From positions 37,696,001 to 37,760,000 of the forward strand of contig NC_043008.1 of NCBI RefSeq assembly GCF_006345805.1: a stretch of DNA of 64,000 bases, read 5' to 3'. Below, piece after piece: positions 24,030 to 37,187 of the stretch (positions within the stretch are counted from its first letter, which is position 1; every line of letters begins with the position of its first letter). Made by a program: the position numbers and the translations under genes. This DNA is from Octopus sinensis. Its lineage: Eukaryota. The notes under the pieces are model-generated. The model searched no databases. It saw only the letters and a program-made list of their open reading frames with translations, and was not told where the DNA came from.

Positions 24030-25075
24030 TCAATTTGAAGTCCCCTTTTTGTCTCAAATACCACAATTTTTTTTCTTGATTTGATTCGACTGACTCCTAA
24101 TGAAACCATCTCGACTGTTCACACCCCAAACATTACTCTCTTTTACACTTGTTTCAGTCATTTGACTGTGGCCGTGCTGGAGCACTGCCTTTAGTTGAGC
24201 AAATCGACCCCAGGACTTATTCTTTGGAAGCCTAGTACTTATTCTATCAGTCTCTTTTGTAGAATCACTAGGTTACGGGGATGTAAACACACCAGCATCG
24301 GTTCTCAAGCGATGTTGAAAGGACAAACACAGACACACAAACATATACCTGCATACACATACACACACATACACACACACAAACGCACACATGCACACAC
24401 ACATATATATACACACACACATATATGACAGGCTTCTTTCAGTTTCTGTCTACCAAAGCCACTCACAAGGCTTTGGTCGGCCCGAAGCTATAGTAGAAGA
24501 CATTTGCCCAAGGTGCCATGCAGTGGGAATGAACCTGGAACCATGTGGCTGGTAAGCAAGCTGCTTACCACACAGCCACTCCTGCACCTATAATGACAGA
24601 AGCATTAGCTGATGCTTCCGTCATGAGTTTTAAACATCTCTCCACAGCTTGGGTGTGACATGATAATTTTTCCAGTTGCATCAAATGTGAATGTTGAATG
24701 AAGGCATCAATTTCTTCATCAGAAAATGCCTGTGTTTGAGGTGGTTCAGTAACAATAGTGTCCTGCCTGTTAATTATGTCTATGTTGTTTGAGGCAGCAA
24801 AGTTTAAGGTAGGGACTTTGAAAGGTTGCACAGATTTCCTGTTATACTGTGTTCAAGCCTGCTTTATATGCCTCCATGCTAGTTCTTAAATGTCATTCTG
24901 TTCATATTTTACCATGGCCAGTAAAATATTTTCTGGGTGCACATAGAAAGCATTTCATTGTATAACTGGAAATACAATGTCTTGTACCACTTGATCCCTT
25001 TCTATCAAAAAATCGGTCCTCTTGAACATATTTAACATGCCCCCATGACTTTCGGAAGCATTTTTTCCCGCTAAG
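24030..25075 (-). mobile_element. Degenerate DNA-transposon transposase C-terminal half (hAT-like, probably hATm-type), split by a SINE
   Basis: Conceptual translation PVIQ*NAFYVHPENILLAMV...ELAWRHIKQA*...FKVPTLNF...TEPP...CHTQAVERCLKLMTEAS; beyond the SINE it continues as NVWGVNSRDGFIRS and later FETK. Superfamily assignment is from recalled motifs. Confidence 0.75.
24137..24590 (-). mobile_element. SINE family A, full length, inserted in the transposase relic
   Basis: Reverse match to family A; interrupts the EAS...RDGFIR segment. Confidence 0.9.
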
Positions 25076-25109
25076 ATTTCCTGAAGCATAGAACAAACTG
25101 CCAGCATCA

Positions 25110-25319
25110 GTTGTTAGTTGTCAGAGCACTGCATCCTTCAAAACCTCCATGCTTCCTGAGATTCGCCAACACTACACCTGACTTTCTCCCCTCCATACAC
25201 AGGCAAGCATGTATCTGACTCATACACTGTTCACTTTCCAGACATTTGTACATTACTGCATATTCTTTATACGCACTTTTGACAGGTTGCGGTGCAACTG
25301 AGCACTGTATACAATAATT

Positions 25320-25384
<65 letters not shown>

Positions 25385-25385
25385 T
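25110..25385 (+). mobile_element. 3' end of a CR1/L2-like LINE with (TTA)n tail
   Basis: VVSCQSTASFKTSMLPEIRQHYT* followed by a short UTR ending ggtgcaactgagcactgtatacaataatttc(att)n. Confidence 0.55.
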
Positions 25386-25981
25386 AATTGTGCACCACAT
25401 TGGCACATAAACTTTCATTTGTGAGCAACAATTAATTTCATCATGTTAGAAAGATCCTTAGTAGCAACATACCACTGCAGCATACGATTTGCAGTTGTGA
25501 GCCATTGAGAATGCACCATTCTACCAGGATTCCTTAATGCCATTTCATATGAACATTTCCCTTCAGAAATAGACAGGTGAATATCAAGATGGTATTTTTA
25601 ATCAGTGCTGGGATCGTTTCTGTCTACTGATGGTAAGTCCATTGGAATCTAATTAAATTTCACAACACTATCATGTGATTGGTTACTATCTCATTGGTTT
25701 CCAAATAATTCAACAAACTATCGGAAATGGCTTTTGCAGAACCCGTTTTAACAGCAAAGAGCTCAAGATAGATCTTGGGGAAAGAAAATAAATCCTTAAT
25801 TTATATACTGCAAATGATCATGATATCTGGGACAGTAAAAATCTGTGAGACCTTCTTAAGTTTTAAAGGATGATGAACCAAACAAGATGCTTTCCTTCAC
25901 AACCATGCTACCAAGAAGGGGGCTGCTCAAGATTAATTCTAAATTAAAAAGGGAAAGAAAACATACATACACACACACATA

Positions 25982-26029
<48 letters not shown>

Positions 26030-27191
26030 TGTATATGTATATGTTTGTGTGTATATATATGACAGCCTTCCAAACCATTTCCATCTGTCAAATTCACTCG
26101 CAAGACATTGGTTGGCTCAGAATTATAGTAAAAGACACCTGACCAAAGTACCACACAATGGGACTGAACCAGAAACCACATGACCACAAAGCAAGTTTTG
26201 TAACGACAGAGACATGCCTCTAAAATTTATCTGAATAAAAGCATTCACTTTTTAAAGGTATTTTCTTTTTATTTAAGAGAACAAGGTTGTTAATATTGGT
26301 TTCAGATTTTGGCACAAGGTCAGTAATTTTAGGGGAGTGGGTTAAGTCAATTACATGCCCCCCACCCCCAATTTTTTACTGGTACTTCTTTTTTCCATCT
26401 GAAAGGATGAAAGGAAAAGTCAACCTTGGTGGAATTTGATCTCAGAATGTAAAGATAGACAATATGCTGCTGAGCGTTTTGCCTTATGTACTAATGATTC
26501 TACCAGCTTACTTCCCTAATGATTGTAAATATTGAAAATGGTAAAACATTGTTTAACTGCCTTCGTTTCCAACTCTGACTTGAAAGCTTTAATACTGACA
26601 ATAAATTAAATACCAGTAATACACTGGATCAATTCAATCATATAAACATGTTCTTTAAAATGTGTGGCCCTGTGCCAAAATTAGTAATTATTACAGAGAG
26701 AGAAGGGGGAGGAAATGACGAAAAGAGAAAAAGTGACGAAAAGAGAGAAAGAAAGAAAAAGAAAGAAATAATGTTAGTTCAGTTATTAATTTATAGTAAT
26801 TGGCTTTTTCTCGATGATAGCCAAACAAGATCTGGAATGCATCATGGTTATAAAGAATTCTGTGATGAAGAATCAATAAATATTTCTATAAGTGGCCCAA
26901 AAGAGCTTTTATATAGATTCTGCAACATAAAAATCTTTTGATTAAAAATGTGTTATAAAATAAAACTATAAAATTAATTTGATGTTGAAGTGTTTGATTA
27001 GAAGAATCATATGATAAATATTTCAAAATGAGTTTATCCTTTCTCTCTCAGGATTCTGGATTGTTCTTTTGTTCAATAAAATGACAGATGTGGGTTTTTT
27101 TTAATTATTATTGTTATTATTATTGTTGTTGTTGTTGTTGTTGCTGTTGTTGTTATGATAAGTTGGAAAAATTATTAAGGCAAAGCAGAAA

Positions 27192-27472
27192 AGAGATATG
27201 CTTTTATACAACCAATATAGCAAAACTAATAAAGAAGCCTTCGTGCATTTTATTCAGCCCACTAGAAATAGCAGCCAAACCTCTCTCATATCGTACATTA
27301 TCATTTTAAAGAAGGAAATATATGTTGGGTAATGCTATGGTTTTAGATATACAAACCTGGTGGTAGGCTTGGCTGGAACATTTTTTATGATATTTTCTCA
27401 GTCAGGGTTAACCTGGGGTTAAAAACAACAACAGCAGCTGCACAGATACTCTCTACTCTCTTTTACTCTTTT
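27192..27472. repeat. ~280-bp local duplication, copy 2
   Basis: Matches 23662-23936. Confidence 0.92.
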
Positions 27473-27868
27473 ACTTCTTTCAGTCATTTGACTGCGGCCA
27501 TGCTGGAGCACATCCTTTAGTTGAGCAAATCGACCCCAGGACTTACTCTTTGGAAGTCTAGTACTTATTCTAGCGGTCTCTTTTGCTGAACAGCTAAGTT
27601 ATGGGGACATAAACACACCATGATTGGTTGTCAAGCAATGTTGGGGGACAAACACAGACACACAAACATATACATACACATATATATATAAATATATATA
27701 TATATGACGGGCTTTTTCAGTTTTCATCTACCAAATCCACTCACAAGGCTTTGGTTGGCCCGAGGCTATAGCAGAAGACACTTGCTCAAGGTGTCACACA
27801 GTAGGAATGAACCTGGAACCATGTGGTTGGTAAGCAAGCTACTTACCACACATCCACTCCTGTACCTA
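27455..27868 (-). mobile_element. SINE family A, full length
   Basis: Reverse match to family A. Confidence 0.9.
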
Positions 27869-28057
27869 TATATAAACAATAAAATGAAGTGGACTCTTAG
27901 ATAATTACTCAAATTGAGAGAGACATTCTGCAGAGAGAAATAAAAAATGACAGAACTATAATAGCTGAAAAGTATTTGAACATATATATAATCACAGAAT
28001 CGATCTGTTTTTTTTTATTCACTGTCTTCTTCATCATTTCCAGTGCCTTTGAAACAG

Positions 28058-28146
28058 GTGGGAGAAAGGTGTCCTTGTATCAGACATACCTGATCCGAAT
28101 GTTCGTATTAGAGAGAATTCTGCTGAAGTTATCCAGAAACGAGATG
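28058..28146 (+). CDS. Candidate internal exon (WEKGVLVSDIPDPNVRIRENSAEVIQKRD)
   Basis: Long pyrimidine tract, aacag|g acceptor (alternative ccag at 28041-28043), gatg|gtaaga donor, open frame in unique sequence. Protein not recognised. Confidence 0.35.
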
Positions 28147-28604
28147 GTAAGATTAAATTGGATGAAAGATTAAATATGCCACCTGAAAAGACTATGACAA
28201 GAATTGAACTCAGAATGCAGGGAGTCAGAATGAATTATGAATAGCATCTTGTTTGACAGGCACTTTAACAATCCTGTCAATTTACTTCTTGAGACAGATT
28301 ATTTATCGATTGTGAAAGGCTGAAAAATGAATGTGGGAATTTGACCTCAGCAAGATTTGAACTCAGGACTCAAAGAGCCAGGACAAATGCTTTTACAGTA
28401 TCTTTTTCTGACACTCTAGCAATTCCACCAGTCAGTCTCCATTGGCTGATGTCTTGTTTATTGATCCTGAAAGGATAAATGTTTAACCTCAGCAGGATTT
28501 GAACTCAAAATGCAAGAGGCTAGAAAAAAAAAAATACAGCCAGGTGTTTCATCTAATAATTTATCAACTCTACTAATTTACCACCTGGGACTAAACAACA
28601 ACAA

Positions 28605-28704
28605 CATTATCATCATCATCATCATCATCATCATCATCTCATCATCATCATCATCTTCTTCATCATCAGCAGCATCAGCATCATCATCATCATCATCATC
28701 ATCA

Positions 28705-28744
<40 letters not shown>

Positions 28745-28990
28745 GCATCACCATCATCATCACCATCATCATTTAACGTCTGTTTTCCATGCTGGCATGG
28801 GTCGGATGATTTAACAGGAGCTGGGCAGCTGAAGAGATGCCTGGGTTCAATGTCTGTTTTAGCTTGGCTTCTACAGCTGGATGCCCTTCCTAATGCCAAC
28901 CCCTTTACAATGTGTACTGGGTGTTTTAACACACTGCAGCAGCATGGGTGCATTTATGTGACACCAGCACAGGTACTTCTATGTGGCACC
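28605..28990 (-). mobile_element. RTE tail copy with an expanded (CAT)n tail
   Basis: About 165 bp of (CAT)n followed by atttaacgtctgttttccatgctggcatggg...cagctggatgcccttcctaatgcc. Confidence 0.8.
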
Positions 28991-29413
28991 AACTCCATGA
29001 GCTCACAAGATTAGGACTGCTCAGCTGAAGAAGGCTGTAGAGGACCTGCCTGTGTGTAAGGGCAACCACGATTTTACTTCCAATATATAACATCCAATAT
29101 AATTAGGAGAATAAGGACTGCTACTGAGATGAGGAGGTAAGAGTTCATGTACTAGCACTGGCCATTATGTCTATGGTTTAACTTCCATGGCCATCACTTA
29201 CTATGACCCAAGAACTAGTATTATGCTTTCACTAATTGTTTTAAGTGCCTATGTAGTCACAAGCAGAAACAGATGCCTTCTTAGCCTTTCTATCTCTTGA
29301 GCCAATTGAATATTGAGGATGCGACAGCTCAAAGAAAGAGGGAGACAGCACTAACAGTCAGCTGGCTTACTTTTTCAGCCGAGGGAAATTATGTGTCTTA
29401 CATGGAGATGGGT

Positions 29414-29752
29414 GGAGGCACATGGCTTAGTGGTTAGAGCAGTGGACAGAGCAGTGGTTAGAGCAGTAGAGCAGTGGTCGAAGGATCATGGGTTTGAATC
29501 TCAGACTGGGTGATGTGTGTATTTATGAGTGAAACATCTAAGCTCCACGCGGCTCAGGCAGAAGGTAATGGCAGACTTCTGCTGACTCTTTTGCCACAAC
29601 TTTCTCTCACTCTTTCCTCCTGCATCTTGCAGCTCACCTGTGACAGATTGGTGTCCCATCCAGGTGGGGAACCTGTACACCAAGGAAACTGGGAAACCGG
29701 CCCTTATGAGCCAGGCATGGCTCGAGAAGGAACAAACAACAACAACAACAAA
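29414..29752 (+). mobile_element. tRNA-derived SINE family C2 with (AAC)n tail
   Basis: ggaggcacatggcttagtggttagagc head; body shared with 30905-31163; ends gagaaggaacaaacaacaacaac. Confidence 0.88.
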
Positions 29753-30189
29753 AACATGGCGATAGCAACACACCAGTCCAGGAATTGAATGAATGATTTT
29801 AGGACCATGAGCCTATCACCATGACTAGAAGGCCTATAGAAAAGATAATTCTCAATAGATGAATCTACCTACCGACAAATTGTTGCTCTTGTTGTTGTTC
29901 CCAAATTTTTCTTGCTCTACATTAATTCAAGGTATTTTTCCATATTTTTTGAGATGTTATCATATGATTTCTCTTTCCCTGTCTACTAATAAAGATGTTT
30001 CCAAAACTTTTATGTTATCATCTGTCATCTGCTTTAGCAATTGTTCCATCTCTCACAAGTGAGTATGACCTGATAGTTTGTTCCATGCTTTTTCAAATTG
30101 TTTTAGGTGTTTATGCAGTCATGAGAAGGTATTGATATGCTCTCAAAGATCCTATTCTTGATTGAGAAAAATATCAAAAGAGTGACTGG

Positions 30190-30850
30190 TGGAGGAGAAA
30201 TTAATTCAAGGACTGGAGAAACCAGGGCTGCTTTTGGTAACACTAAATATATGCTGTTAGACATAGGCTATCATTAAGAGTGAGGAGAGAAAAAGTGTCC
30301 TTGGGAATACAGAGAAGAACCCACCCTTCTCTATGATTGCATGAGCTGGAACATCAACTAACAAATGCAAGGTCTTTGCAGCCTTATGATGCTGCAGAGA
30401 TATGGTACCTGAAACCAACACTGAAGATGTCCAAAGATGAATAGAAATCAATGAACATTGATTTAAGGCGGTGAGCTGGCAGAAATGTTAGCATGCCAGG
30501 CGAAATGGTTAGCGGTGTTTCGTCTGCCATTACGTTCTGAGTTCAAATTCCGCCGAGGTCGACTTTACCTTTCATCCTTTCGGGGTCAATAAATTAAGTA
30601 CCAGTAACGTACTGGAGTCGATATAATCGACTTAATCTGTTTGTCCTCTCTATGTTTAGCCCCTTGCAGGCAATAAAGAAATAAGAAATCGTTGAACATA
30701 AAGAAGCAACAGGCTAAGCTCATTGGAGATCAGATGAAAAGATAACGCTTTGAATACTTGGTGATAACTGAAAAACTGAAAGGAGAAGAAACCAGGAAAA
30801 ACAGAGAGAGAGAAGATTGTTGAATGACTTACCAGCCAGTTATGAAAAGA
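30190..30850 (+). mobile_element. Old RTE (BovB-like) C-terminal fragment interrupted by a family B SINE
   Basis: GEINSRTGETRAAFG..., RLSLRVR, PTLLYDCMSW before the SINE; KQQAKLIGDQMKR*RFEYLVITEKLKGEETRKNRERRLLNDL after it; stops and frameshifts present. Confidence 0.65.
30463..30690 (+). mobile_element. SINE family B
   Basis: ttaaggcggtgagctggcagaa...aataaagaaataag. Confidence 0.9.
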
Positions 30851-30904
30851 GCAACAACTAGTTAAAATATGTTGGGGGACAGATTCAGAGGCTCATGTTT
30901 GCTG

Positions 30905-31163
30905 ATTTGCAGGGGTTATTCCTTCTCAAGCCACGCCTGGCTCATAAGGGCCGGTTTCCCAGTTTCCATGGCAAGATGCAGGAGGAAAGAGTGAGAGAAA
31001 GTTGTGGCGAAAGAGTCAGCAGAAGTTTGCCATTACCTTCTGCTGGAGCTGCATGGAGCTTAGGTGTTTCGCTCATAAACACACACATCGCCCGGTCTGA
31101 GATTCGAACCCGCAATCCTTTGACCGTGAGTCCGCTGCTTTAACCACTAGGCCATGTGCCTCC
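30905..31163 (-). mobile_element. SINE family C2
   Basis: Reverse match to 29414-29752. Confidence 0.85.
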
Positions 31164-31641
31164 ACTACTGATCTGCAGGCATGGTACATAAAAAAAGAAG
31201 GCTTTGTTTAGAGGTTGGAGGGAGATTTGTCTGTTGTTTCTAGCAGCTTAAGTGTATGGGGTTTCAGTAGGTACCACAAATAGTATAACTTACTGCTGTG
31301 AGCAGAGGCAGCCATATGGAATTATTGTGCATTTGTTAACTTCAAATATCAAATTCTGTTCCTTAGATGATAAAAAAAAAAAAAGCTACCTGTAGTAATC
31401 TCACTGCCATATTCATGGCCGAGATTTAACTCTTACTCGTATATATTTCATCTTCAGAAAGACAGAGATAAACACTAGTCTTATTGATCTTTGTCATTGT
31501 GTGAAAGATTTAGCTTTTAGTAATCTAGCGAGTTCACCACACCTTTCATTCATTCGAAAAGTCAGAGAAATATATGAAGAAATATTGATCTTTTCACTGT
31601 TCTTTTATTGAAACATTATAATTTTTTTCATTCCACTTCAG

Positions 31642-31723
31642 TTTGATCCTTTTTGCTATATTTTACATCGATTGAGTTGGAATATTCTCGAATATGGAAA
31701 TTATCAAAGAGTCTCCAAACAAT
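31642..31723 (+). CDS. Weak candidate exon (FDPFCYILHRLSWNILEYGNYQRVSKQ)
   Basis: Good acceptor ttttttcattccacttcag and one open frame; donor aat|gttaag is weak, and without splicing the frame ends TGT TAA. Confidence 0.2.
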
Positions 31724-32756
31724 GTTAAGTTTTTACGCATTTTAATTTTTATATCATTTCAGATTGAATAACCAGTTAGGCATTAAAATTCATCTGGATT
31801 TTCACATAAATACAAGCAACTAAATTTATGCTTTTGCTTGTAATTTTTTTCTTTCTTTTTTTTTTTTTTTTTTTTTTTGCTTTGGTTTTATCAGCTAATT
31901 AGAAGAATTGAAATATTATTGTTTAAATTTTTGCTAAATTCATGCTTGAATTTTATAATTAAAGGATTCATTCTGAAAATCTGAAGAAACAATAATAATC
32001 ACACACACAAAAATATACAAAATAAAATAAAATGATAAAAAGTAAATGAAATCTTTTTAATCTTTGTAAAGCGTGTGACATTTATATCAGGAATATTACA
32101 ATCAGAAATTAGAATAGAAATTATACTGTCTAGATTTAATTAGAATTTATAAAGTATAAAATAAATAAGACCATTTCTGTATAATCAGATGTTTTTTGAT
32201 ACCAATCAAATAAAATATACAGAAAAACAAAAACGAACGATTTGTCTTTGAAGGAAGCTTGGTGTCATGAGCCAGTAATATACAGTTATCATGTATATTG
32301 TAATGTAACGTGTGTGAAAATTGCAGAAATTAATTACATTATGCAATTATCATAAATTTGAAAACTTGTTTACATAGATACTTTGTTTTGTGGATTGCCT
32401 ACATCTGCAAATTTAGGTACATAGAAACTTGTTTCATTGGTGGTTTCTATCATAAATGTTCTTCAAATATAGGCCTTTGCATGAGGTGTTGTTGTTGCTG
32501 TTGATGTTTAAGTTGGTACAGGTGATATGTAAAAGTAAGTATGTAACTATGTATGCAATATGTATATTCATATATTGTGTGAGGTCGTTCTTAGTGCTGT
32601 GGATAACGTGAAAGCCTGTACAACCTTTCGCATGACCAGGCTGTTAGTGACTAAAATGGCACCCCTACAAATCTTGTAGGAAACCCTACAAAGGAGTGTG
32701 GGTTTTTGATGGTCATGCTGCAGGGCAAAAGCAACTCAAAGGGCAGTGAACTCATT

Positions 32757-33047
32757 TTTACTCTTTTACTTGTTTCAGTCATTTGACTGTGGCCGTGCTG
32801 GAGCACAGCCTTTAGTCGAGCAAATCGAACCCGGGACTTATTCTTTGTAAGCCCAGTACTTATTCTATCGGTCTCTTTTTTGCCGAACTGCTAAGTGACG
32901 GGGACGTAAACACACCAGCATCAGTTGTCAAGCAATGCTAGGGGGACAAACACAGACACACAAACACACACACATATATATATACACATATATACGACAG
33001 GCTTCTTTCAGTTTCTGTCTACCAAATCCACTCACAAGGCATTGGTC
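32757..33047 (-). mobile_element. SINE family A, 5'-truncated
   Basis: Tail and body present; head missing after ggcattggtc. Confidence 0.85.
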
Positions 33048-34639
33048 TCTGTAGAGACAATTGCTATCCAAGAACTGGAGGTTAGAAACCCCCTTTTTTT
33101 TTCTTTTTCGCTCTTTTCAAGCCTAGTCAGGCTCGTGGACCCGGTTTCCCAGTTTCTGTGGCATATGCGTTCCCCCCAGTCATGTGCAAGGTGTAAAAGT
33201 GGTGGAGAGAGAGATGTAGGGGCACATAAGGGTGGCTGTATAGTGGGTGGGGCATGATGGTGGTATGAGAGAGAGCATTGAGAATGATAGCAGATATGTA
33301 AGGTATTACGATGGAGAATGGCAGGTGAAAGAGAGTCATAATTGAAAGTGCAGAAAGGAGGTGGTAGGTGAAAGTTATGTGGGAAGGGAGGATAATGAAA
33401 ATGAAAGACGGAAGTAGGTCCGAGGGTAAGGAAGAGGTGACTGATTGCAGGAAGAGGCATGGCAGAAATATGTGCTGATTCTGTTCACAAGTGATTACAG
33501 CTCATCAAGAAGTGTTACAGATGGAGGAGTGATGGAAGCCTGGGTGTTAGAGGAATAAGATTTAGAGAATGCTTGATGGGGCAAAATGGGTATATGGTGT
33601 GCGCACGCACGCATACACACACACACTGACAGGCATATGATCAAAGTTGGGTGTTTAAGCCTTGATCATTCTGGTATAGTTTTAAAGATAACTGGCATCC
33701 TTGTGGTTTTCGTCACTGTCAACAATTTTGTTCCAATTGTTTTCGAATCTGATATAAGGATTAAGTTTTGTATACTAATTATGAAAATGAAATTAATTTT
33801 GGCTATAAATTCATAATCAAAATGTTATTAGCCCTTAAAATTTGCAAAATTCTGATATTTTAGCCAATCAGAAGCGAGTATTTTACACATAACCATCAAG
33901 TTCAGTTATCATAGTGAGCAAGGAAGCACCATGTGTTCAAAAGCTGATTGTGAAGAACTCTGTTTCCAGAGTAACCGAAGATGCTGCACATGCACATGTG
34001 TTCTATATAATTGTTTGTATTCCTAACAGTAGGAATTCGATAGTGCATTGCTGACTTCCATTCTTGAATTTTTTAAAACTAATAACTGTCTATTTTCAGC
34101 AATGTTTTGACTATTATTTCTAGCAACTCTTGTTGATTTGCTCTTAGATTCTAAATATTTAATTTGCTCACAAATCTTTTAATGTTTTCCACTGTTTTCA
34201 CTGTTTACTTTGTTTGTATATATTTTAATGTTTTAACTGCTATTTCTAGCAACTCCTGTTGGTTTGCTTGTAGCTTTTAAATATTTAATTTGCTCACAGA
34301 TCTTTTAATATTTTTCACTATTTACTGTAGCTAGTTTAATGTTTTGACATGCCAGTTCCCCCCACCCCACCCACTTTTTTTCTCACTACTGTGACAGATA
34401 ATGGAAGAGGCAGTGAACATGCTGTTTTCTGATTGGCTGAATATTCTGAAAGTTATCTAACTTTGAACACCTGTAACATTTTTGCAAACTGTTTTATGAA
34501 TAAATGAATAATAAATTCGGATTTAACATCAAAATTTACTTCTATATGATACATTTAAAATTTTTTAAAAGATTTTGACATGCAGTGAAAATAACCATAA
34601 AGATCCAAAGACTGTTTCAGATTGCATCTTTGCACTGAG

Positions 34640-35750
34640 TCACCATTTGAAGTTCCTACCAACTCCTTTTCTGTGTATAAGAGTTCAGATATTTGAATAA
34701 CCAGTCTTAATTTCTTCTGTTAGAATCTATAGAATTATAATAAATATGAAGAAGAGTGTCAAAGACTCAAGTCCTAATTGGGACCCACTTTCATGCAAGA
34801 TTCTTCAATTTGTAGTTAACTCTTACCATGTTGACAGTATCTCTGTATATGGCTTGCATTCATCTACAACAATTGATAGGGTGCTATGTTCATCTCAGAG
34901 TACAGTACCCTATCAATGACAATCTCCAAGTCAAAAGATTCTGGCTGCAGTGATTTGCTCTTTGTTAAGAACTTTGCCTGTAGTTTTCACACTTGAATGC
35001 GAGCATCAGTGAAAATCCTTAATTGCACCCCATCTTGACCAATTCTCTTCTTACTCAGCTGTGTTATAATTCTTTCTTTTCCTTTCATAATTTGGTCCAT
35101 TAATTTAATGCCTCTGCACTCACTTCTAAATAGAGAGAATCTCCTTTTGTCCTTATAGCTGTTGATGATGATAGTATTATGATACTTAGTGTATAGCCCC
35201 CTCTGTACTCCCTGAAGAGTTTATATGTGTATCTCTTTCCATTTTATGTCTTCCGCACAACACACTTCAACTCACTTCTGCTCTGGCATCCCTATCCAAG
35301 TGACTTGCATATGCCTAACATCGCTAGATATTTTTAGTATCGTAGCAACTTCCTTTATATATTAGACAATTTGAATATATAGCTGTCAACTTCAATTGCT
35401 AGTTCCCTATCTCATTCAGCAAACTCTGGTAACATTATCATGCTCCTTCCTTCTCGTTGTCAGTGGAAGCAAGTGCACTGCTATCCTTACACCCACATTT
35501 TTCTCTAGTGATGATTTATCATGACACAATACTTTGCAATTCAGAATATATTAGGACCTTGATCTTCACATTACAAACCATTGTCAAACTTCTTACTTTC
35601 GTGCTACATGGAGGATGGTTGGAAATAAGAACCTATCTTTTATCTTCTTGATAATGTTCCCTTCAATCACATCAGAATCTTCATCATAATGTTACCCAAC
35701 ATATCTTTGTGTTATCAGCTGTGACTAGGAGGCTGGTGTCATTTATTATT
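34640..35750 (-). mobile_element. Heavily degraded RTE reverse-transcriptase relic
   Basis: Minus-strand remnants ECRGIKLMDQIMK, TDARIQV*KLQAKFLTKSK..FDLEIVIDRV, MQAIYRDTVNMVRV and LTEEIKTG..ELLY are colinear with the 12188-13108 RT. Confidence 0.7.
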
Positions 35751-36087
35751 GAGGTACTCTTCAAGAAGGCCTTATATGGTATTCATATTCATCTGATAGT
35801 TCTAATTTAGGAAATATGTAGAGATCAATATTGCTGTCTTGTTGCTTATAACTAGCTTCAATGAATTTATTATTACATACTCTAAGAAGTGTGTGTTTAC
35901 AAGAGGTAAAGTGGAGGGAAAGATATGTACAAATTCCTCTTCTTGAGTAATAGTAACCATGTTTGAATGAGATTGTGCAGGCATTTTTGGTGTAGAAAGG
36001 GGTAGATGCACAAATGCATGCATTCACACGTGTACATACGCACACATGAATACAAACGTACATGCAAGTATATGTACGTACATATAT

Positions 36088-36470
36088 ACTCTTTTACTCT
36101 TTTGCGTGTTTCAGTCATGCTAGAGCACTGCCTTTAGTCAATCAAATCAACCCTGGGACTTATTCTATGTAAGCCCAGTACTTATTCTATTGGTCTCTTT
36201 TGCCGAACCACTAAGTGACGGGGATGTAAACACACCAGCATCGGTTGTCAAGCAATGCTAGGGGGACAAACACAGACACACAAACCCCCACACACACATA
36301 TATATATATACATATATACGACGGGCTTCTTTCAGTTTCCGTCTACCAAATCCACTCACAAGGCATTGGTCGGCCTGGGGCTATAGCAGAAGACACTTGC
36401 CCAAGATGCCACGCAGTGGGACTGAACCTGGAACCATGTGGTTGGTTAGCTAGCTACTTACCACACAGCC
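36088..36470 (-). mobile_element. SINE family A, full length
   Basis: Reverse match; the head abuts an (AAT)n tract. Confidence 0.9.
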
Positions 36471-36549
<79 letters not shown>

Positions 36550-36567
36550 TTAATAATAATAATAATA

Positions 36568-36630
<63 letters not shown>

Positions 36631-36645
36631 TAATAATAATAATAT
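36471..36645. repeat. (AAT)n microsatellite
   Basis: Direct reading. Confidence 0.95.
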
Positions 36646-37187
36646 GAGGGAAAATTATTCCAAACTTACAGGGAAAAATTAAATTTAGAAATACTAAATC
36701 AAATTTCACAAAATATAATATATATATAAATTAGCAAAAAACCACCTTTTATCAATTCAATAATGAAAAATTAAATTATACCATTTCGAAAATCTTTCTG
36801 TGTTATTCTACCAAATATGTACGTTTTATTTATTATTTTGCACATTACTTAATCATATGTTTTATATGTTTTATCTTATAGTTAATCTTTCTATAATATG
36901 TAATTTTTCTAAATGGTATAATTTAATTTTTCATTATTGAATTGATAAAAGGTAGTTCTTTTCTAATATATATATACATCTTTTAAATTTGTTTATGGGA
37001 AATATTTTGGATATGCAGATAAAGCTCCTATTCCGTTATGCCGGCCACAGTCTAATGATGTTGACTGATGAACCAGTCTTTTAGGGTTCATTCCAGCCGT
37101 ACCAATATAATGTTGGATAAATATAGTAATAACAACAATAATCCTTGAATGAAGTTTATAAACATTTAATGTGTCCATACGCGTATA

